Source: Pseudogymnoascus verrucosus
Lineage: Eukaryota
Reading direction: 5' to 3' (one strand)
Assembly: GCA_001662655.1 (NCBI GenBank)
Contig: KV460214.1
DNA length: 64,000 nucleotides
Positions 36,201 through 46,760 of the stretch are shown here, piece by piece (the first letter of the stretch is position 1; each line of letters opens with the position of its first letter). Both the position numbers and the translations under genes were made by a program. The notes below the pieces were generated by a model. It was not told the origin of the DNA. It did not search any database and saw nothing but the letters and a program-made list of their open reading frames with translations.

Positions 36201-37344
36201 TGCTAATGGGCAAGTGGATAAGGCGATAGAACTCCTAGAGCAAGTTGTGGAGATTAAAGGCACAATGCCCATTGCTCACCCTGAGCGGCTCATGTCACAG
36301 CATGTGCTCGCACGCGCATATCATGAGAATGGGCAAGCGGATAAGGCGATTGAGCTCTTTGAGCAAGTTGTGGAGATTAGAGAAAGCGTGCTACCTATTA
36401 CCCACTACGATCGACTTGCGGCACAAGACGAGCTTGCATTCATATATAATGCAAATAGGAAAGCATATAAGGCAACACATCTCCTAGAGCAAGTGGTAAA
36501 GATTCGAGAGGAATTGCTACCTACTACTCATCATGACCGGCTTGGATCAGAGCACGAGCTTGGACACACATATCTTCAGATTGGGCGAGTAAAAGAGGCG
36601 ATAAAGCTCCTAGAGCAAGTAGTGAAGAACCGAGAAGAGATCCTTCCTGTTGATAATCAAGCCAGGCTCATGTCACAGCACGAGCTTGCACGCGGATATG
36701 TTATAGATGGGCAGGTGGAAAAGGCAATAAAGATCCTGGAGCAAGTTATGAAGCATAGATGCAAACTGCCTACTGACCACCCTAGTCGACTCATGTCACA
36801 ACACGTGCTCGCTCGCGCATATTATAAGAATGGGCAAGTGGATAAGGCCATTAAGCTCTTTGAACAAGTTGTGGATAGCGAAGGCGCACTACCTATTACT
36901 CATCCCGACCGGCTCTTTGCACAGCATGAGCTCGCCTGCGCATATAATACGGATGGCCAAGTGGATAAGGCAGTAGAACTCCTAGAGCAAGTAGTAAAGA
37001 TTCAAGAAGAGGCGCTACCCGTTGCTAACCCGGAGCGGCTGAGTTCACAGCACGAGCTTGCACACATATATCTTGTTAAAGGGAAAGGGGGCCGAGTTAA
37101 AGAGGCAATAGATCTCTTAGAGCGGGTAGTGAATGTTCGAGAAGAGGTTCTGCCTGTTACTAATACTCAAAGGCTCGCATCTCAACATGAGCTCGCATAC
37201 GCATATTATCTGAATGGGCAAGTAGAGAAGGCGATAGAGCTCATGGAGCATGTGGTGAAGATTAAAGAAGAAGTGCAACCTGCTACTGACAATAGTCGGC
37301 TCATATCACAAAGTCTGCTTGCTCGTTTCAAGAAGGGGGTATAA
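33232..37344 (+). CDS. Fungal NLR: SesB-like alpha/beta-hydrolase + NB-ARC + TPR repeats (7 exons)
   Basis: DIVGVQGLG, WPRDLL, IGHSLGGLVIQQ, VIFLGAPFQGS, DHSGLNKF; FTGR, P-loop GLGGMGKT, Walker B WLLILDNAD, LVTSR, LALIQAG, MHPL; ten 41-45 aa RLxSQHxLAxAY repeats. Confidence 0.92.
36040..37330 (+). repeat. TPR-coding tandem repeat array (~123-126 nt unit, 10 full + 1 partial)
   Basis: Recurrent cggctcatgtcacagcatgagcttgc...gggcaagtggataaggcgat...gagcaagt. Confidence 0.9.
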
Positions 37345-38362
37345 ATACGTGGCTTCAGCAGATCAGCGGACGTTTTATATCCTACATAACAAGTCATGTT
37401 ACCTCAAATATCTACATTCCAATGATATATATTTGTTCCAAGCCCAATTTGTCTCTATATGAACCATGGTGGTGGCGAGCTGGATAATATTGTATTCGTC
37501 GCAGGGTGGCCCGACTTTCCAGCAAAAAGTTGCCGAAGGGCCCGAGAATGCTGCATGTATAGATTGGTGCAGGTATTAGCAGAGTAATTGTTGTGATTTC
37601 ACGAGCGACCAGAACGGGACATCCCAAGGAAGAGGTTCCCTGAGAGAATTTCGGCACAGAAATTCGAGCGTGTTGGCTGGAATCCTTCAGTGCCCATTCT
37701 TAAACCTCGGAGGTTTCGGAGCTGTTGTTGATCGAGAGGTTTAGTGTTCCGAGTATGCAAGCATGAGTCATTCTGAGTGTTCCACAGTGTCAGCTCGTTC
37801 AACCGAGAATAGGGAGTAAGGGGTTACTTGAAAATTCCTGTTCGCTCACTTCGACTCATTATGATACATGATGGCCGTACCAAATGATTCTAGTGTCGCT
37901 GAGGGTACTGAGGATAATGAAGGGGGATATCGACAATCATGATTTGGGTGTATTCGCATCTCGACTCATTATGGCCCATTGTGATACTGAATGATTTGAA
38001 CTTCGCGAGGTGTAGAATGCGAAGATAGATAGAATAACGCTCAATTGAATAGTATATAATGATCGTAAACTGTAGAATTAATTGACAGCAAGCCATTGTG
38101 ATAAATAACGCGACTGCAAGTTTCCTGAAGTGAGTAAAGCAACTCTGCCAAACCCCATTCATCTCCCTACCAGGACACCGCACTGTCAGTCACATATTAT
38201 GAAAAAAACACTATTTTGCCAATCTGATTCCATTTAAAAAACTGGAACTTGATCAATAGCAACCGACATCGTTTGAATTACCGTCAACGTGCCCCTATAT
38301 CCTAACATACACGTGTCAAACTCCATTTGTCCCTTGGCTAACCATAACCAACACTACTAGCA

Positions 38363-39221
38363 CTACTTCCCCGAATTCAACATCTGTCGCAACGCTCCCA
38401 ACTCGCCTTCCAATCGCGCAACCCGAACACTCAGGTCGTCTCGTTCGCGCTGCGTATTCTTCAGCGCCGTTTCCAGCTCGGTGACTTGGTCAACGCGCTT
38501 TTGGCGGTACCGGCGGGCGGCGAGGGTGTTCAGTTTGCGCTTTCTGATTGCGGAGTTGGGCTGGGTGGTGGCTGTGGTTGCAGTGGACATGGTGGAGCCG
38601 GGAGAGGTGGTGGATTTGGTTGTGGGCATGTGGGCCGGGGAGTCTGATGAGATTGACTGTGAAAATGGAGAAGGGCTGTTGGCGACTGTCTGTAATGAGT
38701 GCTGTGAGAAGTCGTCTAAGATATATGTTAGATATGATCAAAACGTTCCATAGCTTTAGAGGCTGACCTTGATATGCATATGATACAGGTTCCGAAAGAT
38801 TCTCGAGGGCCTCCGGAGGAGTGTCTAGGCCGTTTTGGTTGTGAGGCGTGATCATGATTGACTGGTAGGTAGCGCCACCATCGAATGCGAATGGGTCTAT
38901 AATGGAAGTAGGGTCGTGAAAGGCTTGGTCATCGAAAGAAACATGGTATCCCGGCTGTGGTGCCAGGTCACCGTCGGTGACAGAATTGTCATTTTGAAAC
39001 CAATCAACTTGTTCAGAGGCTGGACTTTGAAAATAGCTAAAGGATGGTGTGCCCGAGTAAACGGGATCGATAAGGTGGGGTGAAGGAGCGTAGGATAGAT
39101 TTGCATTGAGCTCGGGAGAGTAAAGGTTATGAGTGGTATCTGTAGCCAAGTAAGGCTGTTGTTGTTGGCGCTGGTCTTGTCTATACGACAAGTTGCTGCC
39201 ATGGAGGCTCGACGACAACAG
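38363..39221 (-). CDS. bZIP transcription factor, JlbA/IDI-4-like; one intron (~38768-38717); start codon uncertain (CTG 39221/TTG 39218, or first AUG 38855)
   Basis: RKRKLNTLAARRYRQKRVDQVTELETALKNTQRERDDLSVRVARLEGELGAL basic region and zipper; exon 1 is open from 39311 with no AUG until 38855. Confidence 0.8.
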
Positions 39222-39862
39222 CGAGCTGTTGCGGTTGGAAGTAGAAGGTCTGGGAAAGACACGGTGCGCACATGGTTCTGATGTTGGAAGAGGGCAAGGG
39301 GGAATTGCTTTCTACGGGCCCTTATGACCCGTTGCGGTTGAACTCAAGGTTTGAGTAGACTTGGTATCAGCGAATGATCACTGAAGGGGGATGAAGTCGA
39401 GGATGAGGGGGGATGGACATATAAGGTGGTGTATCTTCGCTTGGGGCTGTGTCTCGATGCCTTACATAATCAATTATTGGGGGATTCTCCAATCACAGGC
39501 CCAACACGAGGTTAGATGGGTAGAAATACAATGCAAACAATCGGCCTCACTGCCTCTACACTTTTAGCCGTAATACCTAATAATACGGAATTCAGTGGCA
39601 CTGCTTCAATTTTAAGCTGCTCTTGGATCAAGTTGTCCATCAAACAAAAGTACGTTGTGAACAGACAGAAGGTGCATACCCCGCTACTGCGTTACCCCTC
39701 CATGACATTCGGCGTGAAGGTCTGCTACCGCGATTGCGGTTTACACGGTGTATATTTATACACGATATGTGGCAATGAGCTATTACTGACGTCTTTCTAT
39801 TAAAGGGAATAGAACTCATTGTGCCCCTTTACACTGTTCTCAAACTACTCAGAAGAGGCAGA

Positions 39863-40933
39863 ATGGCCGTAGCAACGGGAAAGATAGATGTTCCTGGGAT
39901 TCAGGGAGTGATTCTGGATATTGGTAAGTTTTTAGAAGAGCCAGGGCAATTAAAATAATATTTTATTTGCCTAGCTGCCTAAGAAAGCATACGGCTGACC
40001 CGTCACTAGAGGGGACTATTTGCCCGATATCGTTCGTTAAAGATGTTTTGGTAAGTTGAGCTTTATTACTTTTTTTTTTTTTGGAACGTCAACGTGTTAC
40101 GCACCGTGGTTCTCTCCTTCACATCTGGAGTGTGCTGAGCATGTCATCCCCTATTTAAGATCTCGCTTTTGTTTCTACTTTGAAAACCCATCACACCATC
40201 ATTTTTAGCATCGTTTTTGTGGGCTTTCCCGTCAATATCAGACTATCACTTTGTGTACCCCTATGTTCCTGGTTACTAACATTATTAGTTTCCCTACGCT
40301 CTAGAATCTCTCCCCGGAGTTCTCGAGACATCATGGGACTCCCCATCTTTAGCACCCTTCCGTGACGCCTTCCCGGCTGAACATCGCGGCAGCCCTTCGG
40401 CACTCCTGTCACACGTCCAGGACCTTATGGCCAAGGACGTCAAGATCGCCTATTTAAAGTCTTTGCAAGGACATCTCTGGCTCACTGGTTATCAATCAGG
40501 CGCATTACGCTGTCCTCTATTCCCAGATGTTGCACCTGCAATCCGGCAATGGCACGCTCAGGGGAAGAAAATCCTGATCTACAGCTCTGGGTCTGTCGCT
40601 GCGCAGAAGTTATTACTTCAATACACAACAGAAACCGAAAATGGGGGTGATTTGAGGGAATTCATTGAGGGGTGGTACGACACTGTTAATGCCGGGATGA
40701 AGAACGAGGAGAGCAGCTACCAGAAGATCCTGGAGGAAGAAAGGAAGAAGGGGGTTGAAATTAATGCCGATGCTTGGGTATTCTTCAGTGATAACTTCAA
40801 GGAAGTGGAGGCTGCGGATAAGGCGGGCATGAAGACAGTGCTTACGGTGCGTCCTGGAAATGCAGAGGTTCCGGGTGATGAGTTGGAGAAGTACAGAGTA
40901 GCAGAGAGGTTCGATAATGTGAACTTCGTATAG
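39863..40933 (+). CDS. UTR4: Enolase-phosphatase E1 (methionine salvage, HAD family); introns ~39924-40008 and 40051-40288
   Basis: VILDI/EGTICPISFVKDVL/FPYA, DVKIAYLKSLQGHLW, IYSSGSVAAQKLL, FFSDNFKEVEAADKAGM, VRPGN. Confidence 0.93.
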
Positions 40934-41103
40934 GTTGATAGGCTTACGCACTCAGACCATGCTTTGTCTTCAATATAAGCCTTTCCATCCATCCTGAGCT
41001 TCCTGTTATACCATAAAAATACATAAAATAGCACAGATCTCAGGCAATCTAACCCGCCTATGAACTACCCACACCCGAAAAACGCCATACCCATCTATCG
41101 ATC

Positions 41104-42124
41104 TTACAAATCCACCCTCGGCAGATAATACCTCACATTCTCATACACCAAAAACGTAACCCACGTCGCCGGCAACACCCTCACCATATTCAACCCCAAC
41201 CCCCTATAAAACCCCCTCACGCCCTCCTCCCTCCATAATCGTCCCACCACCCCCATAATCCCCTTCCCGAACCTCGCCTCCGCATTATACGTCTGCAACC
41301 GCGCCCTCACAACCTGATACGGATACGTCGCGCACCCCGCTACCATCTTCGCCGCCCCGCTTATTGCCAACGTAGCTTCATATCCTATTTTCTCTTTCTC
41401 CTCTCCCTCCCTTCCTCGCCGCGCCACATACGACAACCATGCTCGCTTCATCGGCTCGTAGACCCCGAACTGCACGGCCCCGTGGCTGACACCGAGACAG
41501 CTCGCGCCCATCCCGCGATAGAAACCCCTCCACCCCTCTGTCCTTGCGATCGCCCGCGCTCCAGCCCACATACTCGGATACGCTCCAACTGCGCCGCGGT
41601 CTGTCGATAGCATGCGAGTTTTCAGCACCCATATCGGATTCGTAGCGAGGGTTGTAAGGAGTCCCGCGCCGAGGGACGCGAGAAAATAGTCCCCTGGTGT
41701 GAGGGCGCTGCCATGGCGTGCGCGGTGCAGAGAGAGGGGCGTTTCGACGAGGGATTTGAAGTAGAAGAATAGGGCCCAGGAGGCGCTGTTGCCGAGGAGG
41801 TTGGGGGTGAGGCCGCGATAGAGGGAGGTGAGGGGGTGGGGGTGCAAGAGGAGGGAGCGGGCGAGGGTGAGGGAGGTGGTGGGGGTGTGGGAGGTGTGCG
41901 TGCGGTGGACTAGGTAGAGGGTTAGCTGGGGGTCGTAGGAGGTAGGAGGAGGAGGGAAGGGACATGGGGGGAGGGAGAGGTGAAAGGGAAGGACGGGGCG
42001 TACTTTGTAGGCGTGTCTTGATTATGTCGAGAGGGTGGACGACGAGAGTGGAGATTGCGCCGGCGCTGAGGCCAGCGCAGGTCTCGACCAGCGCGGGGGA
42101 GAGGCGCGCATGCTTTTCATTCAT
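41104..42124 (-). CDS. FLX1: Mitochondrial carrier, FAD/folate transporter (intron 42003-41910)
   Basis: Three PX(D/E)XX(K/R)XR-type signatures: HPLDIIKTRLQ, NPIWVLKTRM, YPYQVVRARLQ; also LYRGLTPNLLGNSASWALFF and VSHGAVQF. Confidence 0.88.
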
Positions 42125-42576
42125 TCGAAGGGTATTGAGTTGTTCATGGCTTGGGGGTTGGCGGTGTTCAGAGGGGGTCGGAGGGGCGGCCTGGAAATTT
42201 ATTTGTCGATGACGGAGTTGAGGCGCAATGTTTGCCGAGGCGGCCGATGCAATGCGCTGATATAAATTACATGTTATCGATCGACAAATTTTTGGGGAGC
42301 AATTCTGCTTCACGTGGAGATATGTTTGGTTTAATTTTGGAATATAATGGCATTGGAAGTGCCAAATACAGGTTAGGCACAAGTGGTGATTCCGTATTTT
42401 CGGATTTTACAATACAACTTTCCCATGAAAGACCTCATATCCACCGCTTCCCACCCCTTCGATAGCCATTGACTAGATATCAAAACGCCTCTGATGCCTG
42501 AACAATCGTACAACCCGCTTCATTAGAGACGTCCTATCCCCGTAATCCATCCATCCATTCATCTGCCGCCGTTCGT

Positions 42577-42970
42577 TTATGCGAGTGGGGAGAAGAGTCT
42601 GCGGAGGTTAGCATCGCCCGCAGCATACACATAGCAGGTAACTCATACCTAATCAGAGATGGGCGAGGCTGGCTCTGAGTGTATCCTGGTATATATGTTA
42701 GTCCCGTCCGTCAAGTTCGTCTTCGTATGTCAGGCGTTCGTACCGATGTAGACAACCAAGGGGAGGAAGCCGCTGCGATGAGGTTAGCTACTGATGCTAC
42801 AATACTGCGCAGCATGGGAGAGCATAAACATACTAGTGAATGACCACGCGGGACACATCAATGAGCTTTCCGACTCTCTCCTAGAATGCAGTCAATATCC
42901 ATCCGGGCGCCTCAAACATCGCGGTTGCGCGCACCTTCGACTCCTCGGACAGTTGGAATGAGTAGGCCAT
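42577..42970 (-). CDS. TOM7: Mitochondrial import receptor subunit Tom7 (five tiny coding exons)
   Basis: Spliced: MAYSFQLSEESK/ERVGKLIDVSRVVIHY/GFLPLVVYIG/YTQSQPRPSLIR/LFSPLA*, with four canonical GT-AG introns. Not in the ORF track. Confidence 0.93.
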
Positions 42971-43260
42971 TTTGATTTGGTGGGACTACACAAACATCAT
43001 CAGCATCTCCATTTGCAACATAATCCCATCTACCAACTTACTGTGAAGAGGAACGTTGTATTGTCGGGATCGTGATGTACAGTTAAATCTACCCTTCTCC
43101 CTTCCCAGAACAAAAGTTCAATCTCACCCCCGACCCCAAACGCCGCCTTCCTTACGTAAGCGAACTTTTTTCCAGAACACCGCAGCTAACCACCGCGCGC
43201 CCCTCGACCTCACATATCACGGGCAATTCTTCCGCCCAACACCTCACCACCGCCGTCAAG

Positions 43261-44447
43261 ATGTCAGGAGCAAGGCATTGGTACGCACATTCCACTCCCC
43301 AGCTACCCAGCATATAACTAACTCGAAAACAGGGAGCAGGACAAAGAAGCGACGGTGTACGTCGGCAACATCGACGAGCGCGTCACGGACAGCCTTGTGT
43401 GGGAGCTCATGCTGCAGGCTGGTCGCATCGTGAACGTGCATCTCCCCAAAGACCGGGTGACGCAGTCGCATCAGGGATATGGGTTTGTAGAGTTTATCAG
43501 CGAGGAGGACGCCGAGTACGCGGCGAGGGTTATGAATCAAGTGCGCTTGTACGGGAAGCCAATTCGTGTGAACAAGGTACGCTCCCCCTCCCCCCCCATA
43601 CCAGCAAACAGCAGAAGAGCAAGCTAACTTAACTACTCCGCAGGCCTCAGCAGACAAACAAAAACCCCTCGACGTAGGCGCAAACCTCTTCCTCGGCAAC
43701 CTCTCCCCCCACCTCGACGAACACTCCCTCTACGACACCTTCTCGCGCTTCGGCCCTCTCCTCGCCCCCCCCAAGATCGCTCGCGACCCCACCACCGCCC
43801 TCTCAAAAGGCTACGCCTTCCTATCCTACGCCTCCTTCGACGCCGCCGACGACGCGGTGGCCAATATGCACGGCCAGACCTTGCTCGACCGCGCGATTAG
43901 TGTGCAATACGCGTATAAGAAAGACGGCAAGGGAGAACGCCACGGCGACCCAGCGGAACGTATGTTAGCCGCCCAGGCAAAGGCACACGGCGTCCTACCA
44001 GAAGCTCCGCCCGCACAAGCAATGATGGGCATGCCCCCCTCCGCACCACCGGCCCTGGCACCGCAGCAGCAGCAACAGCAGCATTTCGACCCCCAACAAC
44101 AGCAGCAGATGATGCACCACGCGCCACCACCTCACCACGACCCCTACGCCCGCGGTCCACCACAAGGGTTCCCACCGCCTCCACAGCGTGTTAACGCGCC
44201 CCTCCCTCCGCCTCCATCGGGGCTACCGCAAAGGCCACCGCCGAGTCAGGCGGGGTATGGAGGGCCGGAGGGATTCGGGGGGCCGCCGCCTGGAGCACCA
44301 CCGCCTGGGTTTGGGGGGGCAGGAGGGATGCCGCCTGGGTTTGGGGCACCGCCGGGAGCACCACCACCTGGGTTTGGAGGGCCGCCGGGTGCACCACCGC
44401 CTGGGTTCGGGGCGCCGCCGGGGATGCCGCAGGGGTTTAGGAGGTAG
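43261..44447 (+). CDS. HSH49: Splicing factor 3B subunit 4 (SAP49/Hsh49): two RRMs + Pro/Gly-rich tail; 2 introns
   Basis: [89 protein letters not shown] repeats at the C-terminus. Confidence 0.95.
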
Positions 44448-45019
44448 ATTTATTGTGGGATGGAGAGAAGGGAGAGAGGATGGGGGATGGGAGTTTATGG
44501 GTATGGATGTTGGAGGGCATGGATGGCGTTTTTTTTGCTATATGGAGGAGGAGTCGTGTATACTATCCAGCGTGTTTGCATCATCAGATTTATTTCGCAG
44601 AGGTCGATTCGATTCGGGGAGGGTGAAATTGGGGAGGAAGGAAAGGGGAAGGGAGAGAGGGGTAGGCGTGAGGATGTGTGAGAATGTGGATGGGGAAATA
44701 GACCTGGATGGAATGGATAAACCATCCCCGTCACACCTATCATATCATTCCCCTCCGTGTCGTGCTGGTCCTGTGTTGTGAGTTTCATCCCGTGCTGTTC
44801 ACGAACCCCTTAACCCGCCACCGCCACCACCACCTCTAACCGACCTCTCTCACCCACCCCCTATTCCCCACCCTCAGCCGCACTCTCAACCCCTCCCTCC
44901 CTCCCACCCCCTCCAACCCCCCCCCCCCACGCCCCCCACCCCCCCCGCCCCCACCCCCCCCCCACCCCCCCCCAACATCCCTCCGGCAATGCACCACCTC
45001 CTCCGCGCTCCGGTTTTAG

Positions 45020-45782
45020 CTTCCCAATACCGTGGTCATGCCGTGTTGACAGGAGCAGCAGCAGCAGCAGCCCCTCTATGTCTTGGGGATATTGAACCAC
45101 CGCCGTCAGTTCGTGAATGTATCACGTCGTTCGTCTGAGCCCCTTGGTCTCGGGGGTATCGAGAACCAACACCAGTAGTCCGGCAATGCATCACGTCGCC
45201 CCCCGGCGCCCGTCCCGTTTTGGGGGGGTTTCCATTACCGTGTGGTTGGAATGGGTTGAAAGCCTCCTGCTGTCGATCGTGGGAATATTGAATGGGTTGG
45301 TCTAGGTAATACGATTGGGGGGGGGGGGGGGGGGGGTCGAACTAGCTGTGCGCGCTTGCCAGTCAGGAATTATTGAACCAACGTCAGTTCGTCAATCCAT
45401 CACGTCGTCGTCGTAGCCCTAGTCTCTAGGTTCCCATACCGTGGTCATACCAGCTTGACAGCCCCTCTACCTCAAAATATCGAACTAACGCCAATCCATG
45501 AACCCATCACATCGTCCACCGGGTCCTTGGTCTCGGACCAGCTGTACTGGGCTAGTTAGACCCCCTCTATCTCGGGGACGTCGAACCAACGTCAATCCAT
45601 CAATCCATCACGCCGTTGGAGCCATGGTCTCTGGGGTTTCCAATACCGTGGTGCAGGCCGAGTTGACAGCCCCTCTATCTCAAAACTACTGGACTGACGT
45701 TAACCCATCAACTCATTACGTCGTCCGTGTCCGTGGTCTCGGACTGGGTTGACAACCTATCTATCTCGTAATTATTGAACCT
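45020..45782. repeat. Degenerate minisatellite, ~90-120 bp unit, ~6-7 copies
   Basis: Recurrent blocks ttcc(c)aataccgtggt, ttgacagcccctctatctc, attgaaccaacgtca, atccatcacgtcgt and ttggtctc. Confidence 0.75.
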
Positions 45783-46184
45783 TAACACCCCCCTTTTGAG
45801 AAATACCGAACGGGATATACCTACCCCCTGCTGCGATACTCAATACCATCGACGTAAAAAATTCCCACCCGAGATAGCGAGGGACTAGGTAGATTGCCCC
45901 TCTTGAGAATCCTACACGGGACGCATTTACTGGTACCTGGCATGGCGTTGTTGTTGTTGTTGATGATGATACGCGATTATGAGAACTCCCTCCCCGGAGA
46001 TACTCCTACACCAAGTGGATAGGGGCCCAGTGTGAGACATCCCTACTCTCCCGTCCCGCGGCACCGGACCATCCACACCCCGTCTCTAACGTCTACACGC
46101 GTTGATTCAGCCCTGATCTATGCACCCACCTAGTATACTGAGAGTTCGGAAAGGGGAACCGAGAGATCTGTCAAATATACTACC

Positions 46185-46760
46185 TTCTCGTAATCTAGCG
46201 GAGGTGTGAGGTAGTGAGTGGATAGGGGGTGGGTGGGTGCCGGGGAGATGTGCCGTGCTCCCCGAGCCGCCGCTGCCACACATCTGGTGTTTGGATAGCT
46301 TGGTACAGCGCACCTCAACTCTGGGAACCTCTGTTCAGCTCGGTGGGCCGTATTATCTAGCGATGTGAGAATTTTCATCATTCACTGGATATGGTGAGAG
46401 ACGTGGGCAGGATTTCGCGAGAGAGCATGTAACTGAGACATCCCTTCTCTCTTTCTCTCAATGCGTACGCATCTCTCATCTCCGCTTCCCTCTTCTCCTC
46501 TCCCCTTACGATCTCAGCCCAGCGGGGTTCAGTATCTAGCGATATGAGAATTTTTCATCATCTCAGTGGAGATGGTGGGAGTGGGTGGGTGGGTGGTTGA
46601 GACGTGATAACGGCTACGCATCTTTTATCTCCCATCCTCTTACCTCTTACCTCTCCTCTACACACACGCTCGCCAAGCCTCGATATCAATATCAATATCA
46701 ATATCAAAAAATAATCTCGTAGTGGAAGAGGAGATAGATAGGTGAGGAAGTGGGTTATAT
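46185..46760. repeat. Degenerate ~175-180 bp tandem duplication
   Basis: tatctagcgatgtgagaattttcatca (~46353) vs tatctagcgatatgagaatttttcatca (~46533), plus weaker flanking copies. Confidence 0.6.

Noticed and set aside
45020..45782. CRISPR-like array
   Set aside because: Eukaryotic locus, degenerate repeats, inter-repeat sequences homologous to each other, no cas genes.
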